From the NCBI GenBank assembly GCA_044230075.1, contig JBGARS010000017.1, forward strand, positions 1 to 64,000: 64,000 bases of DNA, given 5' to 3'. The DNA is from Planctomycetota bacterium. Lineage in GTDB: Bacteria > Planctomycetota > UBA1135 > UBA2386. Made by a program: the position numbers and the translations under genes. Shown in pieces: positions 9,244-17,450 of this stretch (position 1 is the first letter of the stretch; each line of letters begins with the position of its first letter). The notes beneath the pieces were generated by a model, which ran no database searches, was not told where the DNA came from, and saw only the letters and a list, made by a program, of their open reading frames with translations.

Positions 9244-10889
9244 GGTTGTCTCGGCGCGGGCGCTGGTGCTGCCACCTTGGTCGCCGTCGTCGGGCCGCTG
9301 ACCGGCGTGCCGATCGGGTCCGCGGTCGCATCGCCGGCCTTGCCCATGCCGTCGGCGAGCTTGCCGAAGTAGGCCGGCATCTCGACGCCGCCGATGTCGC
9401 GCATCATCTGCAGCATCGGCGGCAGGCTGCCGGCGAGGCCGTGCAGGAAGCCGGCGGTCGCGCCCTTGCCGTCCTTGCCGGTGCCGCCGTCCCAGACCAC
9501 GACCTTGTCGAACTTGACGTTCGCGATCGCCTTCGCCGCGGTCTCGGCCATCTGCGGCAGGTGCTCGAGCAGCAACAGCTGGAACGCCTGCTGCGCGCCG
9601 CCGCAGCCTTGCACGATGCGCTGCAGACCTTCCGCCTTCTTGGCCAGGATCTCGTACTCGCCGCGCGCCTGCGCTTCGAGCCGGGCGAACGTCGCTGCCG
9701 CCTCGGCGTTGGCCTGCAGCTTGACCTGTTCGGCGGCCGCTTCGGCATCGACGATGATGCGCGCTTTCTGTGCCTTCGCGGCGGCCTCGAGTTCGGCGCG
9801 CTGCTCGCTCTCGATCTTCTGCGCCATCGCGTCGGCCGCGCGCGCCTCGGCCAGGTACTGCGCCTCGCGCACCTTGGCGTCGGCCTCGCGCTTCCTGGAC
9901 TCGGCGAGCTGGTAGGCCTCGGCCTGCTTGACCTTCAGCGTCGCCTCGGCGTCGACGACCTTGGCGCGCGCCAGGTTCTCGCCGGTGACCGCGGCGGCTT
10001 CGGCGTCGGCGACGCGCACGCGCATCAGCCGTTCCTGGTCCTTGACCTCGCTCTGCTGTTCGAGCTGGGCGAGGCTCTGGCCGATGCCGGTCTCCTTGGC
10101 CAGTTCGGCGAGCTTCACGAGCTTCTCGCGTTCGGCTTGCTTGGTGCCGATCTCGCGCGTGCGCTCGGCGCTGGCGACCAGCACGTCCTGCTCGCGCTTG
10201 GCCTCGGCGACGCCGATCGAACCGCGCATCTGCTGCTTCGCGACGTCGATCTCGGCCGACTGGATCGCCTCCGACGCGGCCTTGCGGCCCATCGCCTCGA
10301 TGTAGCCCGACTCGTCGGTGATGTCGGTGATGTTGACGTTGATCAGCACGAGGCCGATCTTCTCCAGTTCGGGCGTCAGCGAGTTCTGCACGCTGTCGAG
10401 GAACTTGTCGCGGTTGCGATTGATGTCCTCGATCGTCATCGACGCGATCACCTGGCGCAGCTGGCCCAGGATGATGTCTTCGGCCTGCTTCATGACCTGG
10501 CGCGCGTCGAGGCCGAGCAGGCGGATCGCGGCGGTCTGCATCACCGCGGCGCCGGTGCCGACCGCGACCGTGAACACCGACGGCACGTTGACGCGGATGT
10601 TCTCGGCCGACAGCGCACCGCGCAGCGGGATCTCGATCTGCATCGGATCCAGCGACAGGAACGCGTAGTCCTGGATCAGTGGCCAGATGAAGGCGCCGCC
10701 GCCGTGCAGGCAGCGCGCCGACTGGCCCTTCGCGACCTTGCCGAAGATCACGAGCACCTTGTTGCTCGGGCAGCGCTTGTAGCGCTTCACGACCAGGATC
10801 ACGAAGCCGAAGAAGATCAGCGCGACGGCGATGATCAGGAGCACGACGGGGTCGGGCATGGCGCCGTCGGATTGCAAGAGCGCGGGCAT
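9231..10889 (-). CDS. Flotillin family protein (SPFH/band-7 domain, long coiled coil; YqiK/FloT-like)
   Basis: N-terminal membrane hairpin, then SPFH domain and an Ala/Glu-rich coiled coil (EAQYLAEARAADAMAQKIESEQRAELEAAAKAQK). AGGAGA RBS 5 nt upstream of ATG 10889. Confidence 0.85.
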   Translation of the reverse strand: MPALLQSDGAMPDPVVLLIIAVALIFFGFVILVVKRYKRCPSNKVLVIFGKVAKGQSARCLHGGGAFIWPLIQDYAFLSLDPMQIEIPLRGALSAENIRVNVPSVFTVAVGTGAAVMQTAAIRLLGLDARQVMKQAEDIILGQLRQVIASMTIEDINRNRDKFLDSVQNSLTPELEKIGLVLINVNITDITDESGYIEAMGRKAASEAIQSAEIDVAKQQMRGSIGVAEAKREQDVLVASAERTREIGTKQAEREKLVKLAELAKETGIGQSLAQLEQQSEVKDQERLMRVRVADAEAAAVTGENLARAKVVDAEATLKVKQAEAYQLAESRKREADAKVREAQYLAEARAADAMAQKIESEQRAELEAAAKAQKARIIVDAEAAAEQVKLQANAEAAATFARLEAQARGEYEILAKKAEGLQRIVQGCGGAQQAFQLLLLEHLPQMAETAAKAIANVKFDKVVVWDGGTGKDGKGATAGFLHGLAGSLPPMLQMMRDIGGVEMPAYFGKLADGMGKAGDATADPIGTPVSGPTTATKVAAPAPAPRQPPRA

Positions 10890-10964
10890 GGAGGTCTCCT
10901 TCGAGTGGGGGAAGCGGGTTGGGAAGGCGCGGCGCGCCGGGTACGTGTGCCGAGCGGAACGCCG

Positions 10965-11516
10965 TCAGGCCATCGGTTCGACCACGAGCACGTCGTCTTC
11001 GGTGTGCTCGAGCACGCGCACCTGGGCTCCGGTCGGGATCTCGAGTGCGCGGCTGACGGCGCGGCATTCGACGGTGCGGCCTTGCACGGTCAGCATCACG
11101 CGGCCGTGGCCGTGGCCCTGTGGCGGGATGCGCAGGTAGACGCTGCCGCTGTGGCCGACCGCGTTCTGCAGGTCGACGCTGCCGTCGGACTGCAGCGCCG
11201 CGAGGCCGCGCATCAGACGCGCCACGACCCACAGTGCGCCGATGCCGGCGACCGCGGCGGTCAGCGTGACCGACAGCGGCGACCAGCCAGCGTTCTCGGT
11301 CGCCATGCCGACGAGGCCGAAGAACGTCGCGAACGTGGTCAGCGTCTGCAGCGAGAACAGCTTCAGGAACGCGCCCTGGTCGTGGCCGACGTCGTGACCG
11401 AGGTCGTGTCCCGAGCCGGTGTCGGTGTCGCCACCGAGGCCGAACAGCAGCAGCAGGAACTGCAGCACAAGGAACGTGCCGCCGATCGCCGCGCAGTAGA
11501 GGAAGACCGTGCTCAT
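10965..11516 (-). CDS. NfeD-like membrane protein (YqiJ-like partner of flotillin)
   Basis: Three or four TM helices followed by a C-terminal OB-fold-like soluble domain. Immediately upstream of the flotillin gene, the classic nfeD-flotillin operon arrangement. Confidence 0.7.
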   Translation of the reverse strand: MSTVFLYCAAIGGTFLVLQFLLLLFGLGGDTDTGSGHDLGHDVGHDQGAFLKLFSLQTLTTFATFFGLVGMATENAGWSPLSVTLTAAVAGIGALWVVARLMRGLAALQSDGSVDLQNAVGHSGSVYLRIPPQGHGHGRVMLTVQGRTVECRAVSRALEIPTGAQVRVLEHTEDDVLVVEPMA

Positions 11517-11633
11517 GGTGGGGGCTTCTCCGGACGGGGCCCGGAGTTGTACCGGGAATGTGGACGGTACGGCGCGCGATCTGTTGCCCGGGCCAGATGG
11601 GCCGCAGCCAGATGGGCCGCAGCCACGGCCGCG

Positions 11634-12890
11634 TCACGCATCGCCGTCCGCCGCAGGCGCCGGCTCACTGCTCGAGTGCTCGACCCGGATGCGCTCGGCG
11701 CGCCGGTTGTTGGCCTTCGTCACGACGAAGCGGAAGTCGCCGACGTCGACATGGGAGCCCGCGTTCGGCACCCGCCCGAGCCGTTCGGCCAGGAAGCCGG
11801 ACAACGTCTTGCTGCTGGTCTCGACGTGCGTCAGTCCGAGCTTGGCGAACACCCGATCGCACTCCGCCAGACCGCGGCACAACAGCGACCCGTCCGGCCG
11901 TTCGACCATCAGCGTTTCCTCGGTGTCGAGTTCGTCCTCGATCTCGCCGACGATCTCCTCGAGCACGTCCTCGAGCGTGATGATGCCCTGGGTCGAACCG
12001 TACTCGTCGACGACGATGCCCATGTGGCGCTTCTCGCGCTGGAAGCGGCGCAGCACGTGATTGAGCGTCGCCGTCTCCGGCACGATCAGCAGCGGGATCT
12101 GCAGTTCCTGCCAGTCCGGCTCGACGTTCTCACGCAGCGAGAACAGCAGTTCCTTGCTGAGGATCACGCCGCTGACCTGGTCGAGTTCGCCGGTGGGGGT
12201 GTAGGGCAGTCGACTGTGACCGCTGCGATGCACACGCTGCAGGTTCTCCTCGGTCGACTCGGTGCCGGACAGGAACGCGACCCGGTCGCGTGGCACCATC
12301 GCGTCGCGCGCCTTGGTGTCGCGCAACCGCGTGACGTTCTCGATCAGTTCGGCCGTGATCGCGCCGAATGCTCCTTGGCTGTGACCGGCCGTCGTCAGCA
12401 ACCGGATCTCCTCCAACGAGGTCGTGTGCACGACCGCGTGTCGCGAGAACATGCGCGACAGGCGGGTGGTCAGCAGCAGCACGGGCCACAGCAGGATGCA
12501 CAGCCAGTGCACGACGAGAGTCACGGGCACGGCGAGTGAGTTCGCGTGCCGGACGCCGATGGTCTTTGGCACGATCTCGGTCAGGGCCAGCACCGTGACC
12601 ACGAATGCAGCTGCAAAAGCCCACAGCGGCCAGCCGGGGAACGCGTGGAGGAACTGGTCCGACGCGATCGCTGCGCCACCGGAGTTGGCGACCGTGTTCA
12701 GCACCAGGATTGCGGCGATCGGCCGGTCGGGATGCTGGCGGAAGCGCCGCAGCAGCTGGCCGGCGCGACTGCCGCCCTTGGCCAGGGCCTCGATGCGCCC
12801 TTGGCTCACGCTGAGCAGCGTCGCCTCGGAGATCGAACAGACGAACGAGCTCAGCAGCGAGACGGAGACGGCGAGGACGAAGAGCAGCAT
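11634..12890 (-). CDS. HlyC/CorC family transporter (DUF21/CNNM TM domain, CBS pair, CorC_HlyC domain)
   Basis: N-terminal 4-TM domain, two CBS domains and a C-terminal transporter-associated domain (GDFRFVVTKANNRRAERIRVE). Confidence 0.85.
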   Translation of the reverse strand: MLLFVLAVSVSLLSSFVCSISEATLLSVSQGRIEALAKGGSRAGQLLRRFRQHPDRPIAAILVLNTVANSGGAAIASDQFLHAFPGWPLWAFAAAFVVTVLALTEIVPKTIGVRHANSLAVPVTLVVHWLCILLWPVLLLTTRLSRMFSRHAVVHTTSLEEIRLLTTAGHSQGAFGAITAELIENVTRLRDTKARDAMVPRDRVAFLSGTESTEENLQRVHRSGHSRLPYTPTGELDQVSGVILSKELLFSLRENVEPDWQELQIPLLIVPETATLNHVLRRFQREKRHMGIVVDEYGSTQGIITLEDVLEEIVGEIEDELDTEETLMVERPDGSLLCRGLAECDRVFAKLGLTHVETSSKTLSGFLAERLGRVPNAGSHVDVGDFRFVVTKANNRRAERIRVEHSSSEPAPAADGDA

Positions 12891-12976
12891 GGGGACCAGG
12901 GCGCGCGGGCCGGGCGGTCCCCGGACAGGCTAGCCCGCACTTCTCCCCTGCACCATGAAGTGCTGCGTTCCGTGGC

Positions 12977-14329
12977 TCAGGCCGACTGCGCCGTGGTGAC
13001 CGGTTCGCTGCAGGCGAACGTGTAGGCACCCTGCCGGACGCGCACGGTGACCGTCGAGCCCTGGCCGAGATCGTGGTCCAGGATCAGTTCGGTCAGCGGG
13101 TCCTCGATCTCGCGCTTGATCAGGCGCCGCAGTTCGCGCGCCCCGTACTCCTCCGAGAAGCCCTGCCGGGCCAGCAGCACCCGCACCCCCGGTGACCAGT
13201 GCACGGCGATGCCGCGGCGCTTCAACAGGTCGGCGACCTCGCGCAGCATGTTGCCGGCGATGCGCTGGCACACCTTCTCGTCGAGCGGGTTGAACATCAC
13301 GACTTCGTCGATGCGGTTGACGAACTCGGGGCGGAAGAACTCGCGCAGCGCCTCGAACGTCACCGTGCGCAGGTCGACGTCCTTGAGGCTCTGGCGCCGG
13401 TGCGCGGCCGAGAAGCCCATGCGCGTGCGCACGGCGTCGATCTTCTCGATGCCGAGGTTGCTGGTCATCAGGATCAGCGCCTGGTGGAACGACACCGTCT
13501 GGCCCTTGCTGTCGGTGATGATGCCCTCGTCGAGCAGCTGCAGCAGCAGGTTGTGCACCTTGTAGTGCGCCTTCTCGACCTCGTCGAACAACACCACGCT
13601 GTTCGGCTTCTTCTTGATCGCCTCGGTCAGGAAGCCGCCCTCGTTGTGACCGATGTAGCCCGGCGGCGAGCCGATCAGCTTCGCGTACTCGTGCGGCAGC
13701 GCGTACTCGCTGCAGTCGACGCGGATCATCGCCGACGGATCGTCGAACAGGTTGCGCGCGACGGACTTCGCCAGTTCGGTCTTGCCGGTGCCGGTGCGGC
13801 CGACGAGCAGGAAGGTGCCGACCGGGTGGGTCGGGCGCTTCAGGCCGACGGCGGCCTTCTTGACCGCGCGCACCAGCGAGGTGATCGCATCGTCCTGGCC
13901 GATGATCTGCTGGCGCAGGCTGCGCTCGAGCGTGGTCACGCGCCGGAACAGGGTCTGCCGGGCGTTGTCGCTGCCGGGCCGCGGCAGGAACAGGTCGTCG
14001 GTCTCGGCGGGCTGGCGGGCGCCGTTCGGCGACGGGATGCTGACCTGGTGGATCTCCAGCGACGGGTTGACGTCGATGCAGATCTGGTAGAGCAGTTCCT
14101 CGACGATCTCGAGGTCGTATCCTTCGTCCATGCGGCGCACGGCGGTCAGGACCTCCTGATCGAACGACGGTACGCAGGCGCGCACGACGCGTTGACGGTA
14201 GTGCGACTTGTTGGTGATCGGAGTCGCGTGCAGTTCCTGCAGCAGCTCCTCCGAGCAACAACGCACTTTGATGAACTCGTCGATCAAGTCGAAGTACTTG
14301 ATGACGAACGCCGCCCCTGGATGCTTCAA
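12977..14329 (-). CDS. AAA+ ATPase with a single ClpA/ClpB D2-type module plus ClpB_D2-small domain and a unique ~130-aa N-terminal domain
   Basis: Walker A GRTGTGKTELAKSVA. Walker B VVLFDEVEKAH. Sensor/arginine finger region typical of Clp D2 (SNLG, GARELRRLIKREIEDPL). No D1 module and no Clp N-domain. Confidence 0.75.
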   Translation of the reverse strand: MKHPGAAFVIKYFDLIDEFIKVRCCSEELLQELHATPITNKSHYRQRVVRACVPSFDQEVLTAVRRMDEGYDLEIVEELLYQICIDVNPSLEIHQVSIPSPNGARQPAETDDLFLPRPGSDNARQTLFRRVTTLERSLRQQIIGQDDAITSLVRAVKKAAVGLKRPTHPVGTFLLVGRTGTGKTELAKSVARNLFDDPSAMIRVDCSEYALPHEYAKLIGSPPGYIGHNEGGFLTEAIKKKPNSVVLFDEVEKAHYKVHNLLLQLLDEGIITDSKGQTVSFHQALILMTSNLGIEKIDAVRTRMGFSAAHRRQSLKDVDLRTVTFEALREFFRPEFVNRIDEVVMFNPLDEKVCQRIAGNMLREVADLLKRRGIAVHWSPGVRVLLARQGFSEEYGARELRRLIKREIEDPLTELILDHDLGQGSTVTVRVRQGAYTFACSEPVTTAQSA

Positions 14330-14442
14330 GTCGTGCCTCGGCCTGGTCTGGACTGAGGGTGTTTTCGGGTGTGCCCGAGTGTCGACTTGACGAGTAGCTC
14401 ACGAAACGTCGAAGTGTTCCTGACGACAAAGACTCAAGTGCC
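14330..14442. promoter_or_regulatory. Divergent intergenic region (lower GC) between the AAA+ ATPase and Ser/Thr kinase genes
   Basis: 113-bp AT-richer gap with a TTGACG hexamer. Candidate divergent promoters. Confidence 0.3.
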
Positions 14443-15507
14443 TTGATCCCCGAAGCAAAACTGCTGGCGCTGCTCGTGCACCGTGGCCTCGTGCCGGCGG
14501 ATGCAGCGCGCGCTGCGCTCGCGTCGGCGGCGCCGCGCCACTTCCTGGTCAGCCACGGCGTGTGTTCGGAGGCGCAGTGGACGCAGTGGCAGCGCACCTG
14601 TGGTGGCACGCGGCCGGTGCTGACGCGCTATGAGATCGCGGAAGAACTCGGCGAGGGTGGTGTCGGGCGGGTGTTCGCCGCGACCGACAGGGTGGATCGC
14701 CGCCGGGTCGCCTTGAAGGTGCTGCGCGCCGAGCTCGCAGGTGACGCCGTGCAGGCCGAGCGCTTCGTGCAGGAAGCGCGGTTGCTGCAGGAGCTCGACC
14801 ACCCGCACCTCGTGAAGGGGTATCGCGTCGCGCGTGAGGGCGAGGTGATCTTCTGCGTGATGGAACTGCTGCCCGGCCGCTGTCTGCAGGACGTGCTCGC
14901 GGAGCACGGCCGGCTCGCCGAGGAACAGGCGCTGCAGATCGTCGTCGACGTCGCCAGTGCGCTCGACGCCCTGCATGCCCGCGGGCTGGTGCATCGCGAC
15001 GTCAAGCCCGGCAATGTGATGTGGTCGCCGGAGCGCGGCGCGGTGCTGATCGACCTCGGCTTCGCGTTGGCCGGCGGCAGCGGCGGCGGCGCGACGACCG
15101 CCGGCACGGTGCACTACATCGCGCCCGAGCAGGCGCGCGGCAGCGATCATCTCGACGTGCGCGCCGACATCTACGCGCTCGGCGCGACGCTCTACCACCT
15201 GACGACCGGTTCGCTGCCGTTCGAAGGCCACAACAGCGAAGAGGTGCTCGCGAAGCAGGTGCTCGAGTCGCTGTCGGGCGAGCACATCCGGGCGCTGCAG
15301 CTGTCGCCGCAGCTGCACTACTTCCTCGAGAAGATGATGCAGAAGGATCCGGGCATGCGGTTCCAGGACCCGAAGCAGTTGCAGGACGAGATCCGCACCT
15401 ACCTGCAGGTGCGCGAGCGCGAAGGCCAGCTCGAGCTCGAGCGCCGCGCGCAGGAGGGCCCGCTGCGGCTCGGTGGTCGGCGGCCGGACCAACGTCGTCG
15501 TCGGTGA
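14443..15507 (+). CDS. Serine/threonine protein kinase (Hanks-type)
   Basis: GEGGVGRVF glycine loop, VALKVL lysine, HRDVKPGNVM catalytic loop, DLGFA, APE motifs. Confidence 0.85.
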   Translation: MIPEAKLLALLVHRGLVPADAARAALASAAPRHFLVSHGVCSEAQWTQWQRTCGGTRPVLTRYEIAEELGEGGVGRVFAATDRVDRRRVALKVLRAELAGDAVQAERFVQEARLLQELDHPHLVKGYRVAREGEVIFCVMELLPGRCLQDVLAEHGRLAEEQALQIVVDVASALDALHARGLVHRDVKPGNVMWSPERGAVLIDLGFALAGGSGGGATTAGTVHYIAPEQARGSDHLDVRADIYALGATLYHLTTGSLPFEGHNSEEVLAKQVLESLSGEHIRALQLSPQLHYFLEKMMQKDPGMRFQDPKQLQDEIRTYLQVREREGQLELERRAQEGPLRLGGRRPDQRRRR

Positions 15508-15511
15508 CCTC

Positions 15512-15883
15512 GTGCCGAGCGAACCGGGCTTCCCGTTCACGTTCACGTGCCGGCGCTCCGGCAACTGCTGCGCGATCCCCGGCGGCATCGTGCGCGTCAC
15601 TGCGGACGAGGCCGCGGCGATCGCCGCGCACCTGGGCCTGTCGCCGGCCGCGTTCGCCAGCCGCTACCTGCAGGCCGGCGGCGAACGGCTGAAGGACGGC
15701 CTCGGCAATCGCTGCGTGTTCCTGCAGGACGGCGCGCAGGCCGGCTGTGGCATCTACCCGGTGCGGCCGGCGAAGTGCCGCCAGTGGCCGTTCTGGCCGG
15801 AGGTGCTCACCGACCCCGAACTACGCCGCCTGGTCGAACGTACGTGTCCCGGCATCCAGGCCCGCGCCGACGGCGAGCTGTAG
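15512..15883 (+). CDS. YkgJ-family cysteine-cluster protein (UPF0153, CxxCxxCC Fe-S/zinc motif)
   Basis: CRRSGNCCAIPGG ... CVFL ... CGIYPVRPAKCRQWPF. The ORF-track start 15473 (GTG) overlaps the kinase; GTG 15512 just after the kinase stop is an alternative. Start uncertain. Confidence 0.6.
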   Translation: MPSEPGFPFTFTCRRSGNCCAIPGGIVRVTADEAAAIAAHLGLSPAAFASRYLQAGGERLKDGLGNRCVFLQDGAQAGCGIYPVRPAKCRQWPFWPEVLTDPELRRLVERTCPGIQARADGEL

Positions 15884-15889
15884 CGCTGG

Positions 15890-17389
15890 TCATTCGAGGC
15901 GCAACGACAGCAGGTCGACTTCGCACGGCCCGTCGACGAGGTCGAGCCGCAGCCACTGCACTTCGGCCGGCAGCAGCGGATGGCCCGCGAGTTCGATGCG
16001 ATAGCGGTGGACCTCACCATCGTTGTGCAGTGGGAACAGGATCGACGCGGCCTCGGTGAACGTCTCGTCCGCCGCGCCCTTCCAGAACACCTGCCCCGTG
16101 CCGGCGTCGACAGCGACGCCCGGGGCATGGATGCGCAGCTCCAGTTCGATCGCTCGCAGCGGTCGCTGCAGGTGGGGTGTCACCACCCAAGGGTCGTTGC
16201 CGGTGCTGTGCCAGCAGAACCCATCGGTGCCCGCACGTTGGCGCAGTTGTTCGTTGGGCCAGAAGCCGCGGCGGTCCTCGCGTCGCCGCAGGTCGAACAC
16301 GTCCTGCGTCCAGCGATCGGGGAGGGACAGGCGGTCGTCGAGTGCGAGCAGCGCGGTGCGCTGGGCGTGCGGCGTGCCGGCGAGGCGCTGTTCGAGCTCG
16401 CTGCGCGACAGTGTCACCGCGTGCACGTCGACGAAGTCGGGCACGCCACCGCGCACGGGATAGCAGCGGCTGCCATGCAGGCCCTCTGCGCTCAGAGTCA
16501 TGCTGGCGTACGTCGAGGGATCGCGCAGCGTCGTGCACCAGGCGAGCTGTGCCTCGGCCGAAGGCGCCGTTGCCAGGGCCCCGGGAGCGACCGTCGTCGC
16601 CAGCAACTGCTCCAGCAACTGCCGGTCGTCGTAGCGCCGGTCGCGCGCGACCCACAATGGCCGCGGCAGCATCGCGATGACGCCGATGCGACCGGGCGCC
16701 ATGTCGCTGCTGGTCGTGTTCGCGAGCACCCACGCGATCAGCGCCTCGCGTGCGAGTGTCTCGCGCGGCGGCGGCATGTCGCACTGCGGCGTGAGATGCA
16801 CGCCGGGCAGGCCGGCGCTGAAATCGTCCGGGTGGAACAGGTTGCGTTCCATGTGCGGCCAGCCAGGGCGGCGGAACAGATAGTCGTCGATCGCCGCGCG
16901 GTCGTAGCGCACCTCCTCGGTGGTCAGCACCACGGCGCAACGGGCGACGCGGCACAGTTCGAGCAACAGTGCGACCGGCTGCTCGACATGCTCGATCACC
17001 TCGCTGCAGACGACGACGTCGAACGCTGCGTCGGCGAACGGCAGGCAGGCGCTGTCGACCGCGGCCGACGAGACGCCGAACAGTTCCCGCGCGCGCAGGC
17101 ATGCCTCGTGCGACAGATCCGTCGTCGCGCACTGGACGCCGAACAGCGAGCCGGCGACGTGCGCGAGATAGCCCTCGGCGCCACCGACGTCGAGCAACGT
17201 CGTGAACGACAGGCGGTCCAGCGCCTTCAGGATGCCGAGGAAGCGTGCCAGCCGACCGGCGTGGCCACCTTCCGAGTCTGGGTGGCCAATGCCGTAGATC
17301 GGCATGTGCGCGAAGTAGGCGCCACCAGGCCCTCGCTTGCGGAAGCGCTGGTCGAGCCAGGCTCGGGTCGTGCGGGCGTAGAAGCTCAT
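15890..17389 (-). CDS. Class I SAM-dependent methyltransferase with a ~300-aa C-terminal domain of unknown function
   Basis: Motif I LLDVGGAEGYLA. Post-I acidic residue. Motif II-like DVVVCSEVIEHV. No DPPY/NPPY DNA-amino-MTase motif. Internal ATG 17389 chosen; the 606-aa ORF-track extension was rejected. Confidence 0.7.
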   Translation of the reverse strand: MSFYARTTRAWLDQRFRKRGPGGAYFAHMPIYGIGHPDSEGGHAGRLARFLGILKALDRLSFTTLLDVGGAEGYLAHVAGSLFGVQCATTDLSHEACLRARELFGVSSAAVDSACLPFADAAFDVVVCSEVIEHVEQPVALLLELCRVARCAVVLTTEEVRYDRAAIDDYLFRRPGWPHMERNLFHPDDFSAGLPGVHLTPQCDMPPPRETLAREALIAWVLANTTSSDMAPGRIGVIAMLPRPLWVARDRRYDDRQLLEQLLATTVAPGALATAPSAEAQLAWCTTLRDPSTYASMTLSAEGLHGSRCYPVRGGVPDFVDVHAVTLSRSELEQRLAGTPHAQRTALLALDDRLSLPDRWTQDVFDLRRREDRRGFWPNEQLRQRAGTDGFCWHSTGNDPWVVTPHLQRPLRAIELELRIHAPGVAVDAGTGQVFWKGAADETFTEAASILFPLHNDGEVHRYRIELAGHPLLPAEVQWLRLDLVDGPCEVDLLSLRLE

Positions 17390-17450
17390 CGTTTGCCGGC
17401 AGCCTATTGCACGGACCTGCCCGCCGTCACGCGTGGTGCAGCATCCCGGT

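Noticed and set aside
15890-17389. Interpretation of the methyltransferase as a DNA methyltransferase of a restriction-modification or BREX/DISARM-type system
   Set aside because: No (D/N/S)PP(Y/F/W) motif and no target-recognition-domain-like features. Motif I/II spacing resembles small-molecule/UbiE-like MTases. Kept only as an open possibility in the findings.
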